Below, one piece after another: positions 48,510 to 57,845 of a stretch of 64,000 bases of DNA. The DNA lies in contig JBDRNJ010000039.1 of NCBI GenBank assembly GCA_043811375.1, forward strand, positions 79,420 through 143,419, in the 5' to 3' direction. How positions within the stretch are numbered: position 1 is the first letter of the stretch; each line of letters starts with the position of its first letter. The stretch comes from a bacterium (GTDB lineage Bacteria; Zixibacteria; MSB-5A5; GN15; FEB-12). The notes under the pieces are model-generated. The model worked only from the letters and a program-made list of their open reading frames with translations. It ran no database searches and was not told the DNA's origin. The translations under genes were made by a program, and so were the position numbers.

Positions 48510-48685
48510 GAGGTTGTCCCACAAGTCAGCTTTGGGTGCATTTAACGTTGCATCTAATAAATCGTCACTCGGCAAACCCGCGTAGCAGCGGGCTTTATGT
48601 CCGCCGGTGGCATCGCCACTTCTATTGGCGGGAGACAAGCCCCCGCTCTACGCGCGTTAGAATAATTACCTTTTGGGACAACCTC
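48510..48685 (+). mobile_element. Complete MITE-like element (family A) with 12-bp perfect terminal inverted repeats and an internal GTAG-type REP doublet
   Basis: GAGGTTGTCCCA...TGGGACAACCTC; internal CGCGTAGCAGCGGGCTT...AAGCCCCCGCTCTACGCG. Confidence 0.7.
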
Positions 48686-48708
48686 TCCACATGCGCCGCG
48701 ATCTACCG

Positions 48709-48734
48709 GCAGATGTGGACATCTGCCAGTCACG
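48709..48734. repeat. REP-like palindrome (family C), also at 63213-63238
   Basis: GGCAGATGTGGACATCTGCCA is identical at both sites. Confidence 0.65.
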
Positions 48735-48781
48735 TGAATGGTTATATGATAAAAAGGCGTCAGGTGAAAGTGACTTGTCAC

Positions 48782-51109
48782 CTAACACGGCGGCGGCGCG
48801 GGGCCGCCGAGGAAGAGATAGGCCACCAGATAAGCTAGGTCAGCGACATCAATACTGCTGCTGCCGTCAATGTCGGCTGCTTCCATGCACAGCGGCTCCG
48901 GGCCGCCCTGGAAGAGATAAGCTACCAGGTACGTTAGATCACCCACATCACATGCGCCACTGTAGTCCACATCGCCGCGTACTTCACAGCAGTATTTGAT
49001 CGCAAAGCAGTGGGGACCATCCCAGCTCGGTTCGTACGGATAGCAGCCGCTTGACCACAGCCACTGACCGTGGGGTGGGAACCAGCAGGAGTCAAGGCAG
49101 ATTTCTCCACCCGAGTATTCCTGCGGGATGGGGCCGATCGTAATCGTATGCGTAATAGTGTCGAACCCTTGAGGTATACCACCCGAAATAGACATACACG
49201 CACCACCAATGCCGATCGTATCCGTCGCTGAACCGGTCACGCCATAGTAGTTTATTACGTCACCCCAGTAGAAGAAATATCCGAAAGCATAGGTGCCGAG
49301 AGCCGTCGTTGTTGTCCATGTGGCACCGGATGGGGAATAGACTCGGAAACCGTTGGTCAAATCCTCAACTGTATTGCTGAGATCATTGTAGAAACGCAGG
49401 TAGAAGGTGATTAGCCGGCCGGTTTGTACCGTATCACCCTGTAGCAGGCCATCCACGTGGTCGACCGTAATCTCTCCGCTGGGTGTCGGAGGACATTCTG
49501 ACATGTTATCACAATAAGGTGGACCCCATCCGCAGAACAGATATTCACAGAATCTGCAAAAGTCGAGCACGTTAATGCCGGTGCAACGGTCCAGGTCAGC
49601 TACTCCAAGGAAATCCGGTGCCGGTCCACCCTCAAACAGGTACCGATAGAAGTAAAACAGGTCGCCAATATCGATGTCACCGCTGCCGTCAATATCGGCA
49701 CAACTGATAGTGTCGCAGGCATCACCAATGCCGTCACCGTTGACATCTTCCTGACCGGGATTAGAGACCTGCGGGCAGTTGTCACAGCTATCGCCATGCT
49801 GGTCACTATCCGAGTTCTCCTGATCCGGGTTGTAAGCACTCAGGCAATTGTCGCACGAATCACCAACACCATCTATATCGAGATCTTCCTGCGATACATT
49901 GTAAGCTAAAGGGCAGTTGTCATCGGGGCAGATGTTGATTGGGAAGCCGGGATCGCCGTAGCCGTCACCGTCGAAATCGGTGCAAGTGTCGCACATGTCG
50001 CCAAAGCCGTCGTAGTCACCATCGGCTTGATCAGCGTTGGCGACACCCGGACAGTTGTCGCACACATCACCCACATCGTCGCCATCCGTGTCAACCTGAT
50101 TCGGGTTGTACGTGTAAACACAGTTGTCATCAATACTCAGGATGCTGTCGCCATCGATATCACTGCTGTCATGGGGGCGGTAGAAAGCCCCCATGTCATT
50201 GCGGGTGCCATCCGGATCATCGTACTGGGAGTCAGGATCACCGGCGTCGATGCACTGCGATCCTGAAAGAAGGTTATAGTCGTGATTGACAGTATCTACG
50301 AACAGAGCATCCCCATAGATGTTGCCGACACCAGGGGTGAAATTGTAGTCACCCACGTTATTGAAGGTGCAGTTGTATTCAGCAAGGAAATCACCCTGCA
50401 TAGCCCAGGGATCAGCAAAAAAGACGATGTTGTTCCTTGCTTCTAACGGTCCACTACCCTGGTTTGTGATACCGCTGTGAGTCGTTACTGAAATCGTATT
50501 GTTGTAAATGACAGTGCCGGAAATCGTACCCAGCGCCCTAATCTCGCCCACCCCTGTGTTCCCATAGATTACATTGTAACATATGGTGTCATTCCAGCTG
50601 CTATACTCTAAGTGTATCGCTGCACCATAACTGTCTGCGTTGTTGGCGCGGATCAGATTGCCCTTGATGAGAGCGTCAGTCGTGTTGTTCAAGTCAATAC
50701 CGGGAGAATTATTGTCTCTGTCGCTCGAATTGCCTGTGACGACGTTACCCATGACTGTCGGCGATGAACCGTCACAGAATACTCCACCAAATCCACTGCC
50801 GGTAACGGTGAATCCCGAAATCGCCGCGCCCTTCGGTTCGCCACTAACAAACGATACCACCGCCTGAGTCGGGCTTGCGGCCCGAATCACTGTCGAACCA
50901 GTCCCGTCTGAACTAATGACAACAACCAACTTACCCATAAAGTCAATGTTCTCAAGATACGTCCCCGGCGCAACCAGCACCGTGTCACCACTGGACGCCG
51001 AGTCAATCCCCGCCTGGATAGTCGGATGATCCGCCGGGACATGAATGGTGGCGGCATTAGCAATGACAGCACAGAAAACGCATGCTACAGCCAGGATCAA
51101 GACTCTCAT
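48782..51109 (-). CDS. Secreted protein: right-handed beta-helix (pectin-lyase-like), thrombospondin type-3-like Ca-binding repeats, two dockerin-like domains
   Basis: Signal peptide, VPADHPTIQAGID..GDTVLVAPGTY, CIDAGDP..DMGAF, repeated DxDGDxxGDxCDNCP, GDVDYSGACDVGDLTYLVAYLF. Confidence 0.85.
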   Translation of the reverse strand: MRVLILAVACVFCAVIANAATIHVPADHPTIQAGIDSASSGDTVLVAPGTYLENIDFMGKLVVVISSDGTGSTVIRAASPTQAVVSFVSGEPKGAAISGFTVTGSGFGGVFCDGSSPTVMGNVVTGNSSDRDNNSPGIDLNNTTDALIKGNLIRANNADSYGAAIHLEYSSWNDTICYNVIYGNTGVGEIRALGTISGTVIYNNTISVTTHSGITNQGSGPLEARNNIVFFADPWAMQGDFLAEYNCTFNNVGDYNFTPGVGNIYGDALFVDTVNHDYNLLSGSQCIDAGDPDSQYDDPDGTRNDMGAFYRPHDSSDIDGDSILSIDDNCVYTYNPNQVDTDGDDVGDVCDNCPGVANADQADGDYDGFGDMCDTCTDFDGDGYGDPGFPINICPDDNCPLAYNVSQEDLDIDGVGDSCDNCLSAYNPDQENSDSDQHGDSCDNCPQVSNPGQEDVNGDGIGDACDTISCADIDGSGDIDIGDLFYFYRYLFEGGPAPDFLGVADLDRCTGINVLDFCRFCEYLFCGWGPPYCDNMSECPPTPSGEITVDHVDGLLQGDTVQTGRLITFYLRFYNDLSNTVEDLTNGFRVYSPSGATWTTTTALGTYAFGYFFYWGDVINYYGVTGSATDTIGIGGACMSISGGIPQGFDTITHTITIGPIPQEYSGGEICLDSCWFPPHGQWLWSSGCYPYEPSWDGPHCFAIKYCCEVRGDVDYSGACDVGDLTYLVAYLFQGGPEPLCMEAADIDGSSSIDVADLAYLVAYLFLGGPAPPPC

Positions 51110-51233
51110 AGAGCCTCCCGTCTAATTGGTTTCCTGCACAACCAATATAGTGAAAATGGGCTGGTTGGTCAACGGAAATTAACATACCTGTCAGTGACGA
51201 AGCGGGGTTCTGGCTGCTAATGTGAGGACTGTC

Positions 51234-51815
51234 CTAAGGATCAGTTTCAGAGGCTGAATCTTCTGTCGATCGCTGCGGGTCGGTAATGGTGCCGGATACG
51301 TTGTTGAGAATCGTGGTCGAGTGCAGTTGCTGGTCGGCCTGAAGCCCCCAGCCGGTCATGACATCCTCACCCCGGGTAATGCGGACAAAGACATCTGTTT
51401 TGATACTGTCGATTTCGGCATCCCAGTAAAGATATTCGGTCTCCAGTTTGATGCCGTCGGATGTAACCACTACCACGTGTCCAAAAAGCGACATGCTGCC
51501 GGAGGTCTCTCGAATAATACCGGAGTCGCCGACGATATCAGCCGAATGAACTCCGGCGGAGTCGTAGACATCGATATCCAGCGTGTAGGCCATGGTCGAA
51601 TCAAGGGCCTCGAACCTCACGATATTCTGCGCGGCGACTTTGGTGGCCACCCGGCCACGGTCGTACAGGTAGATGCGGGCGCCGCTGACTTCGGAGTCGG
51701 GACGTGACGAAGAATCACTCAGTCCCGCCTGGTCAGTTGAAGCCGTTTGTTGGTCGCCGCAACCGATCAGGCCGAAGGTGAACGCCAGGCATAATATGAT
51801 CAATTGTTTTCTCAT
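51234..51815 (-). CDS. lptC: LPS export protein LptC
   Basis: Lipobox LIGC, beta-jellyroll pattern GHVVV...LETEYLYWD...TGWGL; downstream of kdsD/lpxL. Confidence 0.8.
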   Translation of the reverse strand: MRKQLIILCLAFTFGLIGCGDQQTASTDQAGLSDSSSRPDSEVSGARIYLYDRGRVATKVAAQNIVRFEALDSTMAYTLDIDVYDSAGVHSADIVGDSGIIRETSGSMSLFGHVVVVTSDGIKLETEYLYWDAEIDSIKTDVFVRITRGEDVMTGWGLQADQQLHSTTILNNVSGTITDPQRSTEDSASETDP

Positions 51816-51868
51816 CTCACCACTGTTACGTATATCGGCCGGTAAAGGTCGAACATTTTGCCAAAATG

Positions 51869-52777
51869 TCAAGCACTCTGGTGGGGCCGGGTGTGCCAGC
51901 GATTATGCAGCCAGATCCATTGCGATTTATGATCCGTTATGATCTCTTCCAGAGCTCTCACGCAGGCGGCTGTAAGCAGCCGGGCATCTCGATCAGTATC
52001 ACCGCTGGGCACTGTTTTCACCTCCGGCCGGACTATTATGCGGTAACCATCGTCTATTGTTCGCAGACATGCCACCGGCAGGATAGCCGCCCCGGCCTTC
52101 AAGGCCAGCAGGGATGGCACAATGGGAGTGTTGGCCAGGCGACCGAAAAAAGGCACAAAAGCACCGCGCACCCTGATCGAGTCGGTGTCTATCAGGACTC
52201 CCAACCCATGCCCGGCATGCAGCCAGCGCAGGACTTCGCGAGGCGAACTGGTGGTGGCGAAATTCACAATGCCCATGGCCTCGCGGTTGCTTACCAGCAG
52301 TTGGTCAAGGCGGGCATCGTACAGACGACGACCGACCACCCCAACCTTGTAACCAAGACCGGAAAAATAAGCTGCCAGCAGTTCAAAATTGCCGATGTGG
52401 CCGGTGACACACAGCAGGCCCCGGCCGCGACGGTAGGCAGTGTCGAAAATGTCCAATCCCTCAATCGATACCCGGGGACTGATCTCGGTGGCGAAATGGT
52501 TGCGAAATCGACAGATATCGGCCAGGTTCTTGCCGGTGTTTACGAAAAAGCTGCGCGCTATTTCACGCTTCTCCGACGGGGTGAGACTGTCGTCGAAGGC
52601 CAGAGAAAGATGCCGGTCGATGCGATATCGGTCGCGTGGCAGGAGGTGATGAGCCACCAGGCCTAACCACGCTCCCACAAACAACGCCAGGCGGCGTGGG
52701 ACAGTGTCGAAAAACTTCTGCACCAGCCATACCAGCAGGTAGACGGTGTTCCTCTTGAGCCTTTTACCCGGTCGCAT
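51869..52777 (-). CDS. lpxL: Lipid A late acyltransferase (LpxL/HtrB family)
   Basis: HIGNFE, LIDTD, VPFFG, QWIWLHNRW. Confidence 0.88.
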   Translation of the reverse strand: MRPGKRLKRNTVYLLVWLVQKFFDTVPRRLALFVGAWLGLVAHHLLPRDRYRIDRHLSLAFDDSLTPSEKREIARSFFVNTGKNLADICRFRNHFATEISPRVSIEGLDIFDTAYRRGRGLLCVTGHIGNFELLAAYFSGLGYKVGVVGRRLYDARLDQLLVSNREAMGIVNFATTSSPREVLRWLHAGHGLGVLIDTDSIRVRGAFVPFFGRLANTPIVPSLLALKAGAAILPVACLRTIDDGYRIIVRPEVKTVPSGDTDRDARLLTAACVRALEEIITDHKSQWIWLHNRWHTRPHQSA

Positions 52778-52778
52778 C

Positions 52779-53744
52779 TCAGACAAGTTTCGACTTGAGA
52801 ATATCGTGCAGGTGGATGATCCCCACTAATTGTCCGTGCTCGTCAACAGTGGCAAGTTGCGTAATGGAATGTTTCTCCATCAGCGCCAGGGCGGCATCCA
52901 GTACTGCCTCACAGGAGATTGTCCTGGGATTTTTAACCATCACTTCAGCGGCAGTCAGACGGTAGAAATCGTCATGCTTCTCAACCAGGCGGCGTAAATC
53001 GCCATCAGTAAAAATGCCGCCCATCCCGCCGTCGGCATTCTTCATCACTACGCAGCCGAGCCGCTTGCCGGTCATTTGCAGAATCATCTCCTTCATCGAG
53101 GCCCCGGAATCGACCAGCGGCATTTCATCGTCAACATGATGCAGCTCCGAGACACGCTTGAGCAATCGTTGTCCGAGAAATCCGCCCGGATGAAGTATGG
53201 CGAAATCCGACGGGGAAAAGTTGCGGGCTTTCAGCAGGGCCACCGCCAGGGCATCGCCCATGACCAGGGCCGCCGTTGAGGAGGAAGTCGGCACCAGGTT
53301 ATTGAGGCCGGCTTCTTTCTCGACCGAACAGTCAAGAACGATGTCCGCTCGCCGACACAGGTCGGAACCAGGCGTGCCGCACAGGATAATTATGGTTACA
53401 CTCAGCCGTCGTGCTGCGGACACCAGCATGTCCATCTCGCCCAGCCGACCTGATTTCGAAATCAGCAGCAGCAGGTCTTCAGAACGCATCAGACCCAGGT
53501 CACCATGCATTGCCTCGACTGGATGCAGAAAGAACGATGGTATCCCGGTGGAATTGAAAGTTGCCGCGATCTTCTTGCCGATCAGGCCGGATTTGCCCAT
53601 GCCGGCCACGATGACACGCCCGTTGCAATACAGGATGGCCGTCACGGCGCGGTCGAAATTCTCGTCCAGCCGTTCCACCAGACTGGCCACGGCCGCGGCT
53701 TCGGTTTCGATCACCTGACGGGCATATTCTCGTAACTTTGTCAT
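52779..53744 (-). CDS. kdsD: Arabinose-5-phosphate isomerase (KpsF/GutQ)
   Basis: GMGKSG, HPVEAMHGDLG, PTSSSTA, HPGG, paired CBS domains. Confidence 0.95.
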   Translation of the reverse strand: MTKLREYARQVIETEAAAVASLVERLDENFDRAVTAILYCNGRVIVAGMGKSGLIGKKIAATFNSTGIPSFFLHPVEAMHGDLGLMRSEDLLLLISKSGRLGEMDMLVSAARRLSVTIIILCGTPGSDLCRRADIVLDCSVEKEAGLNNLVPTSSSTAALVMGDALAVALLKARNFSPSDFAILHPGGFLGQRLLKRVSELHHVDDEMPLVDSGASMKEMILQMTGKRLGCVVMKNADGGMGGIFTDGDLRRLVEKHDDFYRLTAAEVMVKNPRTISCEAVLDAALALMEKHSITQLATVDEHGQLVGIIHLHDILKSKLV

Positions 53745-54271
53745 ACCAGGAAACTCTGAGGATCCTTGTTGATGGCCTCAAAAAAACATTCCAGAACTTC
53801 CCTGACCGCCCCCTGGCCGCCTTTCTCTCGCGTGACATAGGATACCACTTCCTTCAAATCCTCAGCGGCATCGGCCACGGCTACCGACAGTGCGACCTTT
53901 TTGGCCAGTCCGATATCGAGAATCTCGTTACCCACAAAAGCGACGTCGGCATAAGTCAGGTTCAATTTTTCCAGGAGGGGTTCGATCTGTTTGATCTTGT
54001 CTTTCATTTCCTGCAAAACGTGTTTGACACCGAGGTCTTTCATGCGAGTGTCGGTTGCGGCCGAGTACCGTCCGGAAACAATGGCCAGCTCAAGACCGGC
54101 CCGCATAGCCAGCACCATGAACAGTCCGTCGGAGATATTGAACCGTTTTAGTTCAAATCCGTCAGGTCCGAAATAGATGCTGTCGTCGGTCAGTACGCCG
54201 TCGACATCAAGAGCCAGCAGTTTGATCGTTTTCAACCGTTGAACAAAATCCTGACGCGATAGTTTCGACAT
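53741..54271 (-). CDS. kdsC: KDO-8-phosphate phosphatase
   Basis: DVDGVLTD, KRFNISDG, GGQGAVRE. Confidence 0.93.
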   Translation of the reverse strand: MSKLSRQDFVQRLKTIKLLALDVDGVLTDDSIYFGPDGFELKRFNISDGLFMVLAMRAGLELAIVSGRYSAATDTRMKDLGVKHVLQEMKDKIKQIEPLLEKLNLTYADVAFVGNEILDIGLAKKVALSVAVADAAEDLKEVVSYVTREKGGQGAVREVLECFFEAINKDPQSFLV

Positions 54272-54286
54272 GGGCGGCAACCGGAC

Positions 54287-55078
54287 TCAGACTCTCTGTA
54301 TTTCAAGGACCGAAGTCAACAGGCGGTCCATTTGCGTTAGCGGCAGCATGGCGGCGGCGTCGGAGAGGGCTTGTGACGGATCAGGATGTGTCTCCACGAA
54401 CAGGCCGTCAATACCGACGGCGGCGGCCGCACGAGCCATCGGAATCACGTACTCCGGCTGGCCGGTCGACACCGCCCCGCCCCCGCCGGGAAGTTGCAGT
54501 GAATGGGTGGCATCAAAAACCACCGGATAACCGCCGTCCTTCATTATCAACAGCGAACGAAAGTCAACGACGAGATTGCGATAGCCAAAAGTCGAGCCCC
54601 GCTCGGTCAGCATCACCTTTTTGGAGGCCGCCTTGGCCGCAATTTTGGCCATGTCTTCAGGAGCCAGAAACTGGCCCTTCTTGATATTGATCCAGCGGCC
54701 GGTCGCGGCTGCCTTGACGACTAGGTCAGTCTGTCGACAGAGAAAAGACGGAATCTGGATAATATCCGCCACCTGCGCCACCGACTCAATCTCAGCGGTC
54801 TCGTGAACGTCGGTCAGGATGGGCAGGTCAAACGTCTGCTTCACCCTGGATAAAATTGCCAGCCCTTCGTCGAGCCCAGGGCCGGAATATGAACCGGCCG
54901 AGAGACGATTGGCTTTCTTGTAGGATGATTTGAACACATACGGCAGGTGGTGACGTTGCGCCAGTTCCGCGACACGTTCGGCAACCGTCAGACAGATGTC
55001 CTCCGATTCGACAGCACACGGCCCGGCGATCAGGAAGAACTCGCCCTGCTCGATTCTGTCCAGGGTCGATCTGCTCAT
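54287..55078 (-). CDS. kdsA: KDO-8-phosphate synthase
   Basis: AGPC, KANRLS, QIPSFLCRQTDL, KKGQFLAP, ERG, FDATHS. Confidence 0.96.
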   Translation of the reverse strand: MSRSTLDRIEQGEFFLIAGPCAVESEDICLTVAERVAELAQRHHLPYVFKSSYKKANRLSAGSYSGPGLDEGLAILSRVKQTFDLPILTDVHETAEIESVAQVADIIQIPSFLCRQTDLVVKAAATGRWINIKKGQFLAPEDMAKIAAKAASKKVMLTERGSTFGYRNLVVDFRSLLIMKDGGYPVVFDATHSLQLPGGGGAVSTGQPEYVIPMARAAAAVGIDGLFVETHPDPSQALSDAAAMLPLTQMDRLLTSVLEIQRV

Positions 55079-55189
55079 GCCGGGCAATATACGCCACGCC
55101 TGTCAAAAGGGAAGAGATTATTGCCGCGCCTTCATGTGACACCGGGTAACTGTCGCTCTCAGATACGCGCTTGGCAGAAATACCGCCTG

Positions 55190-55550
55190 AGCTTGAGTAC
55201 GTCAGGACCCTTGCGGTCCTGACGTATCCAATGAAGATGTCGGAACCGCAGGGGTTCCGACCTTGGTCCTGACGCCTGGGGCGTGGACATAATAGTCAGG
55301 AGTACAAGACTCCTGACCTACAATTGGGAATAGCCTGAGAGCTTGAGTAGGTCAGGACCCTTGTGATCCTGACGCCTAAGTTACCGGGACGTGAAGCCGT
55401 TCAGCCGAGACGCTGATCGAAATCGATGGCCGTTGGATGGAAGCGATCCCGATAGCTTGAGTAGGTCAGGACCCTTGCGATCCCGACGCATAAGTTACCG
55501 GGACGTGAAGCCGTTCAGCCGAGACGCTGGTCGAAATCGATGGTCGCTGG
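55190..55550. repeat. Cluster of GTAG-type REP palindromes (family B) with a ~97-bp direct repeat at 114-bp period
   Basis: Five units related to GTAGGTCAGGAnnCTTGYnnTCCTGAC, in both orientations; 55340-55436 is repeated at 55454-55550. Confidence 0.8.
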
Positions 55551-56705
55551 CCGGATGCTGTACCGATAGTACTCGTTGCGATAGCCGCTCACCGGTCGCA
55601 ACTGGTCGAGCCAGTAAGCTTGATCATCACGATGACAGACGAAGAAGCGTTGTTCGTCCTGGGCGAACATTGCCTGATGGTACTTCAGGTAGATAAATCG
55701 ATAGTCCAGACCGACCATCTCAACTTTGCCCGATTCATGTGACATCACGTATCTGACACGTTTGCCCAGCCCGGAGCAGTGTCGCTTGGCCTGCTCCACC
55801 TTGCGATACGTCTCAGTCAGCGGTAAAGCATAGGGGTAGTTGCCGACGGTGGGCCGGCACTGGAAAGCATAGTACTGCTGCACGCCCATATACGACAGCT
55901 CGTTCCACAATTCCGCCAGCGTGGTCGGGTCGTCGGAAATACCGCGCACGATCGGGTGCTGGTTGATACAAACTACCCCGGCGTCCAGCAGCCGCTGTAC
56001 CGCTTCACGTGCCTGTGGAGTCAACCCCCGGGGGTGGTCGAAATGACACATAGTATAGATGCGATGGTCAGGTGTCGAGTATCTGGCCAGCATCTCATAC
56101 AGGGCGTCATCGTTGAGATAACGATACGGGTTATAGGCCGGCATCTTGGTGCCGATACGAATGATCCGCACGTGCTCGATCTTCCGCAGAGCCGCGATAA
56201 TGCTCTCCAGGCGAGAGGTCGACAACAGCATGGGGTCACCACCGGTCAGCAGGACATTGTCCACCTCCGGGTGCTGCCGGATATACTGAAGCGCCGGCTT
56301 GAGATCGTACGCTACCTCGTGGCTTTGGTTCATGAACAGCCGCTTGCGAAAACAGTAGCGGCAAAAACCGGCGCAAGTCTCATTGACGAGCAACAGCACC
56401 GTCGACCGGTACTTGTGCTGTACACCCTTGCGCACCGTGATCTGACTTTCGCTGGACGCGTCCAGTTCACCCCAGTCGATTGTTTCATCCGGGTGGGGTA
56501 TGATCAAACGGCGAATCGGGTCGTTGGGATCATTGAAGTTTATCAGGCCCAGGTAGTAGTCCGTAGCCCGGAAGGCATAACGAGCCGTCACTTCCTTCAG
56601 GTTGGTCTTTTCCTGTTGAGTTAATCCGCTTATCCTGTCCAGGCTGCGGACAGTCCGGGTCTGTCTCCGACCAATCCCCGCCTGGTGGTCATCTTGCCAC
56701 TTCAT
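55515..56705 (-). CDS. KamA-family radical SAM protein (lysine 2,3-aminomutase-like)
   Basis: HKY, CAGFCRYCFRKR, LLTGGDP, RIGTK, HFDHP; AGGAGG RBS. Confidence 0.9.
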   Translation of the reverse strand: MKWQDDHQAGIGRRQTRTVRSLDRISGLTQQEKTNLKEVTARYAFRATDYYLGLINFNDPNDPIRRLIIPHPDETIDWGELDASSESQITVRKGVQHKYRSTVLLLVNETCAGFCRYCFRKRLFMNQSHEVAYDLKPALQYIRQHPEVDNVLLTGGDPMLLSTSRLESIIAALRKIEHVRIIRIGTKMPAYNPYRYLNDDALYEMLARYSTPDHRIYTMCHFDHPRGLTPQAREAVQRLLDAGVVCINQHPIVRGISDDPTTLAELWNELSYMGVQQYYAFQCRPTVGNYPYALPLTETYRKVEQAKRHCSGLGKRVRYVMSHESGKVEMVGLDYRFIYLKYHQAMFAQDEQRFFVCHRDDQAYWLDQLRPVSGYRNEYYRYSIRPATIDFDQRLG

Positions 56706-57130
56706 ATCAGCCTCCTTACTTCCTGCAGGCTCTCTCCTTTTGAGAACAGGCGGCATCGCTTTGGAGCGTTACCCTTGCTACTTTGTCTTCGCTGCCGTGT
56801 GCGTTTCTTTCGCGGTCTGGCAACTATCTCAGTTGCAGAACTTCGGAGAGCCGGGCTATGTGGGGTGGACAGTGTTGTCTGTTCTACGTACAACGTCCAC
56901 CTATGTAATATACTCCCTTTAATAAGTCCCGGCAAGGCTATTATCACAGAAAGTTGACCCAAAACAGATGCTGCCAACTCTTAATCTTTATGTTGTATGG
57001 CGGTATCTTTAACAACAACAATAGCTTATGCCGCCGCACTCTCTAAGATGGAACGATACCGCTACAAATTGAGAAATATGGCCCCACAATGGAGATACAG
57101 ACAGCCGATGTTATCATAAAGTACAATATA

Positions 57131-57165
57131 ATACTTGACAGTATCTAATAAAACATTACTATATT
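57131..57165 (+). promoter_or_regulatory. Sigma70 promoter with a palindrome over the -35 box
   Basis: TTGACA (57135) and TACTAT (57157); ATACT-TGAC-AGTAT at 57131-57144. Confidence 0.55.
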
Positions 57166-57191
57166 AAAAAACAACCATGGGAGATCTCAGA

Positions 57192-57668
57192 ATGGAGTAT
57201 CGTGAAGGTGTTATTAAAAACACCGAGTTTTTTACAACTGCCGAGCTTGCCGATAAGCTTAAGATGAACGTGCAGGTGATCACCCGTAAGGTTAAATCGG
57301 GTGAGATTGCTGCCTACAAGATCGGTAAAGACTGGCGTATACCGGAACTGGCCGTCTTTGAATGGTTAGAACGCCACTCCAACCGAGATATTCGAACCGG
57401 TGACCGCCAGAAAGTGGTGGCCAATTTTGTAAAAAACGACCACATAGAAAAACTGCCCGCCCAGCACCGGAAGCGGAAATTTCTGCTGGAATACATCCTG
57501 GCCCAGTTTGAGCCCAATCACCTGTACACCGAAGACGAGGTCAACCGGATAATAGCCCGCCATCATGAGGACTTCTGCACGGTGCGGCGGGAATTCGTGG
57601 CCGAGAAGATGATGGACCGTATCAACGGCAAGTACCGCCGTCGCACCGGCTACCGTCTTTCCCCTTAA
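57192..57668 (+). CDS. Excisionase-like HTH fused to a DUF2087-like domain
   Basis: FTTAELADKLKM...GEIAAYKIGKDWRI; LPAQ.RKR...YTEDEVN..I...HEDFCTVRRE; alternative ATG at 57177. Confidence 0.8.
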   Translation: MEYREGVIKNTEFFTTAELADKLKMNVQVITRKVKSGEIAAYKIGKDWRIPELAVFEWLERHSNRDIRTGDRQKVVANFVKNDHIEKLPAQHRKRKFLLEYILAQFEPNHLYTEDEVNRIIARHHEDFCTVRREFVAEKMMDRINGKYRRRTGYRLSP

Positions 57669-57845
57669 TACCGGTCGAGCCAACGGGTGTTGGGGCCATG
57701 CGTCGACTTTGTTCCCTCAACATGAGCAGACATCAAGGTTTACCCTGCATCTGATTGCGGAAAATAAGCAAGAAAACCGTCGGAAAGGCTTGATTTGCCG
57801 GTCTGCAGGCCGATACTTTGAGTATGCGACAACCGGGTGTAACAG

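Noticed and set aside
48285..48700. tRNA-Lys as an integration site for an island
   Set aside because: No integrase and no duplicated tRNA 3' end seen in the window
55190..55550. Possible CRISPR array
   Set aside because: Units occur in both orientations, vary in sequence, are irregularly spaced and share their 'spacers'; no cas genes; better explained as REPs
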